The notes beneath the pieces are model-generated. The model made no database searches, was not told the origin of the DNA, and saw nothing but the letters and a program-made list of their open reading frames with translations. Below are positions 1 through 9,471 of a DNA stretch of 64,000 nucleotides, piece after piece. This DNA comes from a virus, in the IMG/VR virus record IMGVR_UViG_3300023211_000126, positions 211-64,210 of that record. One strand, 5' to 3'. How positions within the stretch are numbered: position 1 is the stretch's first letter; each line of letters starts with the position of its first letter. The translations under genes were made by a program, and so were the position numbers.

Positions 1-912
1 GGCCTTGCCGCATTGCTCAATAAACCATGCGCCAAATCCAGCCACGCTGAAGGGCTTACCGTATTCGGTCAAAATGAAAGTTTCCTGGTCCGGCGGGCAG
101 GCGGCGATCTCTGCGGCTAGAGCTGGTAAGACCGGGATTTCAAGTGGCGAGGCCTTGCAATATTTCGTCTTGGCCGGAACGAAAACGATTGAGCCGAGGC
201 CACCCTCGACACCCGCCTTTTTGAAATGTCGCGGCCCCAGAACAGCTGCATCACAGCGTCGCGCCCCGGTATAAAGCAGGAGCGTTATTGCTGTGCGCTG
301 CTTGGTCCCCACAGGCCAGAAATCTTCGAATTTTTTGATCTCAGTCTCAGTCCAAGCGTGGAAGCCGTCGCTCGCATATTTGACCCGCTTCACGTCTCTG
401 GCTGGATTGCGCTCGAGATGCTCGGCCTCGATCGCCCAAGCGAACATGCTGGACAGATATTTCAGCCGATTATTGGCTGCGCCGGGCTGCGCAGCCTTCC
501 GATCCCTAAGCATGCGGAGATGGCTTGGCGCGATCGCTCCAATCGGGCACGAGCCGACAAGAATTTTTGAGCCCGGCTTTATCGATTCGGCGAAACATCC
601 ATCGAGAACGGACGCGCGATTCCGTTGAGATTTCAGATCAAGCCGCTTGAATTCGGCTGAGGCCATGTATTCGTGGCCGAGCCACTTGAAGGTGCCTTTG
701 ACGGGCGGCGCATCGGCTGGGCTGGTCTCGGCCGCCCCGGTGAGAAGTTCGGCCTTGGCGCGCTCATATTCCGCGTGCCACTCAGCTGATCCGAGTTCAG
801 CCAGCAGCCGGATCTTCTTTCCCTTGATCCTTACGTAATACCTGGCCGTTTTGTAGCGGTCGACGTCCTTAATCAGGTACTTGAACTTCACTTCGGCCAT
901 GGCGGGTCTCAT
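1..912 (-). CDS. int: Tyrosine integrase, N-terminal ~300 aa (runs off left edge)
   Basis: Own translation, not in ORF track: MRPAMAEVKFKYLIKDVDRYKTARYYVR...AANNRLKYLSSMFAWAIE...RNPARDVK...FHAWTETEI...LLLYTGARRCD (catalytic Arg box); ATGA overlap with upstream gene. Confidence 0.9.
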   Translation of the reverse strand, partial: MRPAMAEVKFKYLIKDVDRYKTARYYVRIKGKKIRLLAELGSAEWHAEYERAKAELLTGAAETSPADAPPVKGTFKWLGHEYMASAEFKRLDLKSQRNRASVLDGCFAESIKPGSKILVGSCPIGAIAPSHLRMLRDRKAAQPGAANNRLKYLSSMFAWAIEAEHLERNPARDVKRVKYASDGFHAWTETEIKKFEDFWPVGTKQRTAITLLLYTGARRCDAAVLGPRHFKKAGVEGGLGSIVFVPAKTKYCKASPLEIPVLPALAAEIAACPPDQETFILTEYGKPFSVAGFGAWFIEQCGKA

Positions 913-1169
913 GCGGCGACATCGCTCCAATCGATGTCGGCCTCATCCTGCCCAGCCTTTCCGCGGCGAGGCAACCGCCTGAAAGCGGCCCGAAGTTCCT
1001 CCGCATCCCACAAAAGACGGCCAAAAAGCTCATGCGCACCGGGGAAAAATCCCTTTTCGACGGCTGCTTTGAACGTGCTTTCGCTTATCCCGAGATAGGC
1101 AGATGCCTCCATAGACGAAAGCCCGATCGGGTCGCGGGGGCATTCAATTGAACGGCGCGCGCGGCTCAT
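909..1169 (-). CDS. Excisionase-like HTH DNA-binding protein
   Basis: LSSMEASAYLGISESTF...GRLLWD AlpA/Xis-like pattern, directly upstream of int. Confidence 0.75.
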   Translation of the reverse strand: MSRARRSIECPRDPIGLSSMEASAYLGISESTFKAAVEKGFFPGAHELFGRLLWDAEELRAAFRRLPRRGKAGQDEADIDWSDVAA

Positions 1170-1657
1170 GATGCGACCTCAAATCGTTTTGGAAGCGGGT
1201 CAAATACTGGATGTCCCCAAGCGATATCGCCAGCGATATGCTCTTCAAGCCATTGCCGAAGCCCTGACCCCAGGGTGAACCATTCGGTTCCTTCAACGCG
1301 ATATTCTGAAAAAATACCGTGTAGGTAACTTTCGAATTCTCTGTGGCCCTTCATGCAGTAGTATAACTTCAACGCTTCTGGGTGAGCTGTAGCAAATGTA
1401 TCGAGTCGGCGACGGATGTTTTTTGTGAAACCAATTTTCACGTAATCGCCGACGCCTACGAAATAGATGAAGGTATGTATTGGCCACTCAGAGGCGATTG
1501 TCTCAACGTGTTCTATTATGCGCGGCACGCATTCAATTGGCCGGATGGTTCCATGTTGCATGTCGATCTCGACGCCCCATCCGCCGCCGAGGCGTGAAGC
1601 TGACTTCAATGCGCGATCGATTTCAGTCTGCGTGATGCGAGCTGGGCGGCGGCTCAT
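1166..1657 (-). CDS. GIY-YIG-like (T5orf172/MUG113) domain protein
   Basis: IYFVG...VKIGFTKNIRRRL...E.YLH..F...R..GTEWF. Confidence 0.75.
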   Translation of the reverse strand: MSRRPARITQTEIDRALKSASRLGGGWGVEIDMQHGTIRPIECVPRIIEHVETIASEWPIHTFIYFVGVGDYVKIGFTKNIRRRLDTFATAHPEALKLYYCMKGHREFESYLHGIFSEYRVEGTEWFTLGSGLRQWLEEHIAGDIAWGHPVFDPLPKRFEVAS

Positions 1658-2088
1658 CTCGCCACCTCGTTAACCGGCCGCCACTTGATCAAGACGCCTT
1701 CGAACTCGATGAGGTCCTTACCTTTGCCGTGGTTTTCGAACCAAAAGGCGGTCATATCCATCACGGCATTGAAGCCTGTATTCGACCCGTCAAAGCCGTC
1801 GGCCTCCGCAAGTTCGTCCATCTCTTGGCATGACAACTGATGATCGCCGACGACGAAGATCAGTGGGCCACACTCAAGCGAGAAGGAAAGCCGGACCGGC
1901 GTTACACTTTCGCAGATCGGATCTGTCTTTATCAGCTTGCGGCATTGTTTTGTGCGCATGGCGGTATAAAGCTGAAGCGTTTCCCCGGGGCGCGCGTGTC
2001 GCCGTTTGCCATTCGCTCGGATCGTCTGGCGTTTTGTCAAGGCAATGATAGGTTCGGCAAAGCGCGCCTTGAAGGAATAGGCAACCAT
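1654..2088 (-). CDS. ASCH-like domain protein
   Basis: YSFKARFAEPII...KRQTIR...PGETLQLYTAMRT...AEADGF. Confidence 0.65.
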   Translation of the reverse strand: MVAYSFKARFAEPIIALTKRQTIRANGKRRHARPGETLQLYTAMRTKQCRKLIKTDPICESVTPVRLSFSLECGPLIFVVGDHQLSCQEMDELAEADGFDGSNTGFNAVMDMTAFWFENHGKGKDLIEFEGVLIKWRPVNEVAR

Positions 2089-2099
2089 CTCTCACCCCT

Positions 2100-2963
2100 T
2101 CAGCACAGCACGGCGCTGTCCGGATCTTCGACCCCTGGACGCATACGGTTGTTCTCGCCAGTTAGAGACCTATGCCAGTTTAGAAGAGCAGCCCCAGTAG
2201 AGATTGTGTGATGCATCGCCTTAAATGGATCGCAGGCGATTTGTGACGTTGCCGCTTTTTGTGACAGGAAACCGATGAGCCAAAACCAATCAAGCGGCGT
2301 TTTCCCAGCATCGTGATCAGTACCCCAACGTTCAATTTGATGTGCTGCCTCTACGCGCACAGCCTCAAACCAATCGTTCGTCATTGGCGTATCGATGAGG
2401 GCTTCCAGCTCCGCAACGCGCTCTTGGGACGCGGCGAGGGAGGCTTCGGCGGCAATGAGTTCTGCGCGCATGTCAGAAACGCCTTTTGCGTATCCACGCT
2501 CTTCTTCGCGAAGAAGCTCGCTAGCGTGATCGGCTCGTAATCCGTGAACATAGTTTTCGACGGCGCCAGTTTCATTGCTTGCATCAAAGAGACTTTGAGC
2601 GAGTTCACCTTCGAGGCTTCGAACACGCCTAAGAAGTCCATTTTCCCCGCCGATTACTTTCTCTATGCAACCAGGATTGGAATTTTCGTTGAGTCCGAAA
2701 TGTTCAGCAGCACACGACACGTTGTCAAATACTTCATCGCAATGAAAACATCGCCATTGATCCGTCGATCCAGTTTTCAGCCGCGCATTCTCTGTCTCAA
2801 GCTCGGAGATCTTGGCGAATAGATCCGGCAGAAATACGAAAACGTCTGCGCCGTACTCGTCGTAGAAATCACTCCACGTAGCAGCGGCGGCGCGTTTCCG
2901 TAGGAGATCGTCGAGATCAAGCGGCGCGCCAGAGGTTTCGAGTTCAGATGGGTTGTCGGTCAT
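2100..2963 (-). CDS. Phage hypothetical protein (CxxC/His motif, coiled coil)
   Basis: 287 aa ORF in coupled leftward operon; WRCFHCDEVF...HFG. Confidence 0.7.
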   Translation of the reverse strand: MTDNPSELETSGAPLDLDDLLRKRAAAATWSDFYDEYGADVFVFLPDLFAKISELETENARLKTGSTDQWRCFHCDEVFDNVSCAAEHFGLNENSNPGCIEKVIGGENGLLRRVRSLEGELAQSLFDASNETGAVENYVHGLRADHASELLREEERGYAKGVSDMRAELIAAEASLAASQERVAELEALIDTPMTNDWFEAVRVEAAHQIERWGTDHDAGKTPLDWFWLIGFLSQKAATSQIACDPFKAMHHTISTGAALLNWHRSLTGENNRMRPGVEDPDSAVLC

Positions 2964-3184
2964 TGGCGGCTTCCTTCGATCATCTTGTCAAATGCGATGG
3001 CGTCGATTGTCCGGCAAACTGCTTTTGATGCTTCGAAAACCTGCCTCGCTGTGGTCAATGCTTGATCTTCCGATGGGCGCGGTGGCTGCATCACAACCAA
3101 CATGAATGCGCATGCGAAGCAAGAAGACAGAAATGCGAACTTTAACCCGGCTGATATTTCGCGCATGGCCTCACTCCGCAGCAT
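2960..3184 (-). CDS. Small membrane protein
   Basis: Hydrophobic stretch FAFLSSCFACAFMLVVM; overlaps neighbours. Confidence 0.5.
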   Translation of the reverse strand: MLRSEAMREISAGLKFAFLSSCFACAFMLVVMQPPRPSEDQALTTARQVFEASKAVCRTIDAIAFDKMIEGSRQ

Positions 3185-3662
3185 GGCGCGCGTCGAGCAC
3201 GCCGTGATAGAATCCGAGACGGTTCAATTTCTCGATGACCTTGCGGGCTTGCTTGTGGGCCGACGCGTCGACAGCACCAATCGCGGCTTCTTCTTCAAGC
3301 GCCGGCAATAGAAGGTCGAGACCGCGTGACATCGCGCTCTCGGGCGGAAGCACGAGATAGTCGCTATCGGTAAGGATCTTCAGGACGTGGTAGACGATTA
3401 GGCCGAACTTGCAGACGCGCGTTTCAGCTTGCTCGTACTCGCGCATGATTTCATCACGGGTGCGCTCGCAACGCCGCATCAGAGCATGGCGCTTTTTCTG
3501 GTCCAGCCCGTCGAAGGGTTCGAAATGCGCGGTCCAGAAAAGCTGCTTTGCTTCGACGACGCCGGGTTCGTTCGGATCAGCTGCACCAGAGATCAGGACG
3601 CTAAGCGCAAGAAATGGAGGAAGTGCCAGCTCGATGCGCTGGCTGTCGCTGATGTAGGTCAT
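3171..3662 (-). CDS. Phage hypothetical protein
   Basis: 163 aa ORF, ATGA-coupled. Confidence 0.7.
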   Translation of the reverse strand: MTYISDSQRIELALPPFLALSVLISGAADPNEPGVVEAKQLFWTAHFEPFDGLDQKKRHALMRRCERTRDEIMREYEQAETRVCKFGLIVYHVLKILTDSDYLVLPPESAMSRGLDLLLPALEEEAAIGAVDASAHKQARKVIEKLNRLGFYHGVLDARHAAE

Positions 3663-3841
3663 GAGCGCAGCCCCTTTAAACCAACCTGTTCAATTTCGAT
3701 TTGAAGTTCGGCTTCTGACATTTCCGACTCTGGTCGCAGATGGGCATGCTTCTTGTCGCGATGCTTTGACTTCATGTGCATCCAAAGACCTGCGGTGTCG
3801 GCAAAGCGGCGAGAACAATGCTCGCATTGAACCGGTTTCAT
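3659..3841 (-). CDS. Small C2H2 zinc-finger protein
   Basis: CEHC-x3-F-x5-L-x2-H-x4-H pattern. Confidence 0.65.
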   Translation of the reverse strand: MKPVQCEHCSRRFADTAGLWMHMKSKHRDKKHAHLRPESEMSEAELQIEIEQVGLKGLRS

Positions 3842-4425
3842 GACCGCTCCTTCAGCGCTTGATCACGCGCGCGATTGAGTTCCGCCATCATTGTGTCGGA
3901 ACCACCAGCGTCAGGGTGACGCACGCGGGCGAGACGCCTGAAGGCTTCTTCAATCTGCTGCCGAGGCGCGTCTGAAGATAGACCGAGGATCTGCCACCAT
4001 GGAGTTGCGCCCGGCGCGGCTAGTGCCGCAAACCCTTCGAAGGCACGCTCCATCATCATCGCGCCGCCGTGGCGCTCGATCGCGCGCATGGCTTCGATCG
4101 TCAGAGCGATTGAATGCAGATTGTGATGGACGGTCTTGTAAAGATCGTGCGCCATGACGCGCTGTCGACCGCCGATGGTGAAGAAGACTGATGTGCCCGG
4201 ATCGTCGAGCTTGTCTTGCGCCTGGTCAGCGTAGGGAAGCCCGTCACGTTGGCGGAGAGCCGCGTTGCTTGAAATGATCGGCGTGCTGCCACCGAGCAGA
4301 TGGATCTCGCGGACAAGGCGATCCAGCGTCTTCTGCCAAGGCGTATCGAAGCGAGCATCCTTGCGAAGATGTTTTTGCGTCCGAGGCCAGCCGGTGGGCC
4401 ATTGCAGGGGATAGGCGACGGTCAT
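3838..4425 (-). CDS. J-domain (DnaJ-like) protein
   Basis: C-terminal WWQILGL...AFRRLARVRHPDAGG...ELNRA with HPD motif. Confidence 0.85.
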   Translation of the reverse strand: MTVAYPLQWPTGWPRTQKHLRKDARFDTPWQKTLDRLVREIHLLGGSTPIISSNAALRQRDGLPYADQAQDKLDDPGTSVFFTIGGRQRVMAHDLYKTVHHNLHSIALTIEAMRAIERHGGAMMMERAFEGFAALAAPGATPWWQILGLSSDAPRQQIEEAFRRLARVRHPDAGGSDTMMAELNRARDQALKERS

Positions 4426-5534
4426 GCGGCGCCTCCGACCACTGTGACGCGTTCTGCCGCCCGTGTGATAGCGGTGTAGCGCCAGCGCCTCGCATCGTCG
4501 CGGAAGGCCGCTGCTTCATCGAAGACGACGATATCGTTCCACTGCGAGCCCTGCGATTTGTGGCAGGTCAGGGCATAGCCGTAGGTGAATTCTTGCGTAC
4601 CTTTCTTTTCTTCGAAGTGCAGCTGATCTTCGGCACCTTCGAAGAATTCGCGCCTGACTTTTACGAATGTCGGCTTCGGTTCATCCTGTTCGTCGTCAGG
4701 CAGTATCTCAAGAGACACAACGTCAGATGTCGTCTTCTTCGGCTTCTTGACGTTCCAGAGGCTGCCATTCAGCAGTTTTGCAGCGCGGTCATTTTTCAAG
4801 CAGACGAGCTTGTCGCCACTGACTGGCAGATCGCCATCACGTCCGAGTAGTGTCCTGATGCGGCGATTGTAAGACTGGCGCGTCCGGTTCAGCCCAACCA
4901 ATACCTGATCGGCGGCGAGGATCGAGTCTGAATCGATATCGCTGCGGCTGATGACACGGCTTGAGCCATAGCTGCCAATATCGAGTCTGCCGCCTTCACG
5001 CACAATCATCGACATCGCGATGATTGGATTGTCGCGCGCCTGACGATGAACCTCGGTCAGCATAAGGTCGGGTTCGTGATCGGTGAAGAAGCCTGCACCT
5101 TTCACTGGCGGCAACTGCGCCGGGTCTCCGAGCACGAGAACCTTTGTACCGAATGAAAGCAGATCTCTAGCCAGCTCCGCATCAACCATCGAGCACTCGT
5201 CAATGATGACGAGCCCTGCGTGCCTTACGTCGCTATCCGGGTTGAGGACGAACTTCGGTTGCCAACCCTCGTTTTCCTCATCGAGTGAATAGATCATGGA
5301 GTGGATAGTCGAAGCGCCTTCGCAGCCTTTACGCCGGAGGACAAGGGCAGCTTTGCCGGTGAAAGCTCCGAAGAGCACTTCACCCCTGACATCATTGGCA
5401 AGCTCTTTGGCGAGAGTTGTCTTGCCGGTACCAGCATATCCGAAGAGACGGAACACCTGCTGGTCGCCATGATGCAACCATTTCTGAACAGCCATGATCG
5501 CGGCGTCCTGTTGGTTCGACCAATCCATTTTCAA
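4422..5534 (-). CDS. SF1 helicase (RecD/Dda-like)
   Basis: GYAGTGKT, IIDECSM, GDPAQLPPV, YALTCHKSQGSQW, YTAITRA. Confidence 0.92.
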   Translation of the reverse strand: MKMDWSNQQDAAIMAVQKWLHHGDQQVFRLFGYAGTGKTTLAKELANDVRGEVLFGAFTGKAALVLRRKGCEGASTIHSMIYSLDEENEGWQPKFVLNPDSDVRHAGLVIIDECSMVDAELARDLLSFGTKVLVLGDPAQLPPVKGAGFFTDHEPDLMLTEVHRQARDNPIIAMSMIVREGGRLDIGSYGSSRVISRSDIDSDSILAADQVLVGLNRTRQSYNRRIRTLLGRDGDLPVSGDKLVCLKNDRAAKLLNGSLWNVKKPKKTTSDVVSLEILPDDEQDEPKPTFVKVRREFFEGAEDQLHFEEKKGTQEFTYGYALTCHKSQGSQWNDIVVFDEAAAFRDDARRWRYTAITRAAERVTVVGGAA

Positions 5535-5539
5535 AATCC

Positions 5540-6817
5540 TCAGTCGAATTGCTTGGCGGTGTCGCGCATCTCGTCGAGGTAGCTCTCAACCTTGTCGTAA
5601 TCGGGCGCGCTCAACTTGCCGATCCAGAACTTCAGCTTCGTCGAGCCCTTGCGAGCTTGCTCCATGCCTTCGGAATAGAGGCTCTTGAGATCGGGATCCG
5701 CGATGCCTTCGGCCTTCGGCGCTGGCTTTGCGGCTTCCTGCTGCTTCGGCTTTTCGGTGCGTTTCGGCGCCATGATTTCTTTGCGCCTGGCTTCAAAGAT
5801 GTCGGCGCCCTTTTCGCGGATAGCCTTCGGGGCATCATTGAACCAAGCGGCTGACGCTTTATCGGAAATGGTCAGCAGTTCTTCCTCGGTCGTCGCGTTC
5901 GCGAAGGCCTGGCGCAGCTCCGACAGCAGGGTGTCGTAATCCGGCCCGTCGTCGGCTTGGTCTGTCTCATCGGTCGTTGGCGCATCGGCATCGATGACGG
6001 CCGCGGCAGCCCCGCGCGGTGCTTCGTCCTCCAAGATCTCGCCGGTCTCTTCGTCGTGGGCGGGCAGGGGCGCAGAGATCGCATTGAGGCGGCCGGCAAG
6101 ATTCCGCGGCTTTGCTGGCTCGGCCGCGGCCTGCTTCTCGCCGGTTTCTTTGAAGTCATAGAGATCGTCGTCGCGTCTGATCAGGTCATCGAGATCCGTC
6201 GACATCGGCAGAACCTTGGAATGACGCCGCGCGACCGTCTTGCGGCACATCTCTTCGTAGTCTGTGACCCAAGGGCCTTTTGTTGCCGCCTTTGAGCGCT
6301 TCCGGACTTTTTCGATCGCGTCGATCGACATGACTTCTCGCGTCTTCTCGCCGCTCTTAAGTGTCGCGATGGAATATGCAGCGATGACCTTGCCAGGATC
6401 GTCGAGAGAAGGCTTGTGCCGGATAAATGGTTCGTCGCCGAGCTCGAACTCGAAGGCGTCGTTTTCGTGAACGACATGAGCGTCCCAGGTAGCGATTTCT
6501 CCCGAGTTGCGGACCTTCTTACGGATGCCAGCAATCATCGGCATCCACTGGATCTGGCTGCCATAGACGACCATGGCACCTTCACGGCCGTCAGGCAGCA
6601 GGCCGTCCTGCGCGGCTTTCATGGCTGAGTTCCACAGCGAACGTCGTTCAGCTTTGAGGAGGTCCGGGTTGTTCTGGACGGCAGTCATGACGACACGCTT
6701 GAAGCGTTCGGCCGGAATGTGTTTCGGCAGTGCCGCCTGAAACTGATCGGACATTCCTTCGAGCTGGACGCGAACTTCGGCGACTGGATTAGATTGTCTT
6801 TCAGCAACTGCGCTCAT
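5540..6817 (-). CDS. recT: RecT-family single-strand annealing protein with long acidic C-terminal tail
   Basis: ALPKHIPAERF...AAQDGLLPDGRE...PW..DYEEMCRKTVARR; start set at MSAVAERQ. Confidence 0.9.
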   Translation of the reverse strand: MSAVAERQSNPVAEVRVQLEGMSDQFQAALPKHIPAERFKRVVMTAVQNNPDLLKAERRSLWNSAMKAAQDGLLPDGREGAMVVYGSQIQWMPMIAGIRKKVRNSGEIATWDAHVVHENDAFEFELGDEPFIRHKPSLDDPGKVIAAYSIATLKSGEKTREVMSIDAIEKVRKRSKAATKGPWVTDYEEMCRKTVARRHSKVLPMSTDLDDLIRRDDDLYDFKETGEKQAAAEPAKPRNLAGRLNAISAPLPAHDEETGEILEDEAPRGAAAAVIDADAPTTDETDQADDGPDYDTLLSELRQAFANATTEEELLTISDKASAAWFNDAPKAIREKGADIFEARRKEIMAPKRTEKPKQQEAAKPAPKAEGIADPDLKSLYSEGMEQARKGSTKLKFWIGKLSAPDYDKVESYLDEMRDTAKQFD

Positions 6818-6819
6818 GT

Positions 6820-7803
6820 TCACTTCGCCTTTCCAATTCTGAGGACACGGAAGCTCGTCGGCTCGACCGTGTAGCCTTTGCGATTCTGAGCTTTCCAAGA
6901 GACGCGGCGTCGATCTGACAGGATGGCGGATGCGTGTGGCCCGAGCTTCGCCTTGAACTCGGTCTCGATCTCGTCGCAGCGCTTCTCGATCGTTTTGGCC
7001 TGCTCTTTCAGGCTTTCACGCTCGTCGGCCAGCGCCGGCAGCATGTTGTCCGACGTCAAGTCGATCTCAGTGCCGTCATCGGCCCCGTAGAGTTTGGCGA
7101 GCAGGGCGCCATCGCGCCCATAATCGGGGTCGGGCGGCGTGTTGCGTTCGACCATTAGCCAGAAGTCTTTGACGGCTTCCCGCAGCCTATCCATGATGCC
7201 CGTGTGCAACGGGATCTCGACGACGTGGAGATCGAGCCCGAAGCCGACCGTCATGGCGGCGACAACCGCCCATGAGGCGCCTGTCAGTTCGGCTTCAAGG
7301 ATTGCCTGCACCGCGATCCAGAGTGGTGGCTCGATGGCGCCGAAATCCTCTTCAGATTTCCATTTCTTGCGAAAGACGCTCGGCTCGATTGTTTTCACCT
7401 GGATAATGCCGAAGCCTTCACGGCCCGGATCTCTGACAAAGGCGTCGGGTGTGGCACCGATGCGATTATTTGTGTCGCGGAAGTAATGGGCACCACGATC
7501 GATCTGCCAGGTCGGGCGTTCTTCGGCGAGCAGCTGCAGGGCAACCGGCTCGAGCAGACGGCCGCGCCGCATCGGCGGTGTTTCCTCGGCATCCTCGGTG
7601 ATCAGTCCGCTCTTCAGCGCCCAGAGACCATAGGCGGTCTGGTATTCGTGGACACCGAGCAGGGCACCGGCGACAGAAGCGGTAACATCGGACTGACGGA
7701 GACCAAGCCACTGGCCGCGGTCCTTGATCAGATGACGTTCGATGCCGTGGCGGCGCGAAGCCGTTGCTGAAAGTGCTTCGGCTGAGAGCAAAGTGTCGTT
7801 CAT
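6820..7803 (-). CDS. YqaJ-like viral recombinase exonuclease
   Basis: WLGLRQSDVTAS...LWALKSG...RGRLLEP...ATPDAF...QVKT; adjacent to recT. Confidence 0.88.
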   Translation of the reverse strand: MNDTLLSAEALSATASRRHGIERHLIKDRGQWLGLRQSDVTASVAGALLGVHEYQTAYGLWALKSGLITEDAEETPPMRRGRLLEPVALQLLAEERPTWQIDRGAHYFRDTNNRIGATPDAFVRDPGREGFGIIQVKTIEPSVFRKKWKSEEDFGAIEPPLWIAVQAILEAELTGASWAVVAAMTVGFGLDLHVVEIPLHTGIMDRLREAVKDFWLMVERNTPPDPDYGRDGALLAKLYGADDGTEIDLTSDNMLPALADERESLKEQAKTIEKRCDEIETEFKAKLGPHASAILSDRRRVSWKAQNRKGYTVEPTSFRVLRIGKAK

Positions 7804-7949
7804 GGCATCCCCGCAAGTTGAACGCTGCTTGCCTGATGCGCAGAACAGCCGGTATCGGTAGGAAGAAAGGCCATGACGAACATCGCGCCACTGAATGCGG
7901 TAAGGCCGATTGCCGCGCAGGCGACGAGAAAGACCGAAGCTGATTTCAT
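7800..7949 (-). CDS. Small membrane peptide
   Basis: MKSASVFLVACAAIGLTAFSGAMFVMAFL; ATGA-coupled to the exonuclease. Confidence 0.45.
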   Translation of the reverse strand: MKSASVFLVACAAIGLTAFSGAMFVMAFLPTDTGCSAHQASSVQLAGMP

Positions 7950-8306
7950 CGTGCCCTCGCGATCTTGGTTTGATGTTGTTGGGCCGGTTCGGGCGTCGCC
8001 CATGCAATGATTGCGACGACGAAGAGCATGGCTGCTGCAAGCGAGCAGAGATCACCGATGATCGCGCGAAGTATGTGCAGACCTCTCCGCGTAGTGTTTC
8101 TTTGTTGGGGTCGATGCGTATTTGCAAAGCTGCTATCGCAGCCCGCAGTTCGTCATTGCTCTGGACGAAATCCTGTGTGCCATCTGGCATGGCTGGGTTA
8201 CGTACGAGTACGGTAATTTTCATGCCTGGCTTGAATACCTTGAGGATCTCATCCATGTGGTCGGCGACGATTTCAGCCGCATTCTGAATGATCGGTTTCA
8301 TCGGCA

Positions 8307-8696
8307 TCACTCCGCTGCTGCTAAGGCGCGCGCTTCGACAAAGCGGCGATACCGACCAAGCCAGATCAGCGCCTTTGCGTTGAGGGCTGGAACCTCACCG
8401 CCGAAGCCGCACATCGGACGTGGGTTGAGGATATCTGCTTCAAGCATGCGCTTGCCGTAAGCGATCTGGCCGCGCGGCGTGGCGAAGGACAGGCCGAGTT
8501 TCAGGAATTCGAGACTGTCTGGATCAAGGATAAAACGGCGCACCCGCACCTTGATGGCGGTGCGAGCACCGCGAACTGCGGCAGCCTTTAATTCGGCTTC
8601 GCGTTGCTCGATGGTTTTTGCCGACGACGGGATGACGACCGCCGAGTTAGTCTTGATGTAGGCATGACTGGCGGGCGGATGCGGGATGACAGGCAT
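8307..8696 (-). CDS. Phage hypothetical protein
   Basis: 129 aa, coupled to neighbours. Confidence 0.6.
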   Translation of the reverse strand: MPVIPHPPASHAYIKTNSAVVIPSSAKTIEQREAELKAAAVRGARTAIKVRVRRFILDPDSLEFLKLGLSFATPRGQIAYGKRMLEADILNPRPMCGFGGEVPALNAKALIWLGRYRRFVEARALAAAE

Positions 8697-9403
8697 CAGA
8701 CAGCCTCCACTTTCTGAGGTTGTCCGTTTTCATCGAGCGAATACCAGGCTTGGGGCTCGATGCCCTCGCGGCCAGCGATCCCAGACCAAGCATGCAGAAT
8801 GGTGTTTGAATTAGGATCGCGATAGACTAGGAACAGAGCGCAGCCTTCTGCGGCCATAACGCGACCATCATGGCCGCAGGCCATGGCGACACTATCTTTG
8901 CCCGTCGCCGAAGCCGCGCCGCTGTCGCCCGTCGCCGAAGCCGCGCCTCTGTAGCCCGTCGCCGAAGCCGCGCCTCTGTAGCCCGTCGCCGAAGCCGCGC
9001 CTCTGTAGCCCGTCGCCTGCGCTCCTTCTTCCGGATGGCTGCGATCAAAAACCCATTTGACGGCAGCCTTGATCAATTCAGAAAGATTCAGTTCAGCCTT
9101 GATAGATATCGATGCTGCAGCGATCTTCGTATCGTCAGTGGCTTTCGAGATCTGACCGGAAAGTTCTACCTGCGCGAAACGCGATCCGGCTGCAGGATAA
9201 TAATCGAAAACATTGAGCGGGTGCTCGCAGGCGTGGAAGCCGTTCGAGCAAACACGAATTTCCCCGGACTGCGTGTAGCTGGCGCCGATCTCGAACTTAT
9301 AGCCGCGACATGAAAGGTTTGCGTCAAAGCCTTTGTAGGCCACAATCGCAGACGAATTGTCTCCGGGCTGCTCTGGTTGTTCGATCTCTAAAGCTTCGGT
9401 CAT
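8696..9403 (-). CDS. Phage protein with YKGFD..L.CRG / GFHACEHPL domain and 9-aa tandem repeats
   Basis: Typical phage N-terminal motif plus (ATGYRGAAS)n. Confidence 0.8.
   Translation of the reverse strand: MTEALEIEQPEQPGDNSSAIVAYKGFDANLSCRGYKFEIGASYTQSGEIRVCSNGFHACEHPLNVFDYYPAAGSRFAQVELSGQISKATDDTKIAAASISIKAELNLSELIKAAVKWVFDRSHPEEGAQATGYRGAASATGYRGAASATGYRGAASATGDSGAASATGKDSVAMACGHDGRVMAAEGCALFLVYRDPNSNTILHAWSGIAGREGIEPQAWYSLDENGQPQKVEAV
8900..9017. repeat. 27-bp tandem repeat, 4 copies plus a partial copy
   Basis: gcccgtcgccgaagccgcgcc(tctgta/gctgtc). Confidence 0.95.
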
Positions 9404-9471
9404 TGGCGGATTGCCTTTCGCGTAAAACTCATCGTTGCTGCCGACCAGTGATCGACAGAGGCCATGAGTTG

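Noticed and set aside
5-838. Plus-strand ORFs at the left edge
   Set aside because: Shadows of the minus-strand integrase, which the ORF track missed because it runs off the window.
6820-8310. 496 aa ORF as a single exonuclease
   Set aside because: YqaJ motifs begin only after 7803; the middle segment is low-complexity and overlies two better small ORFs.
8900-9017. CRISPR array or DGR repeat
   Set aside because: Contiguous in-frame coding repeats with no spacers; no cas or reverse transcriptase gene recognised in the window.
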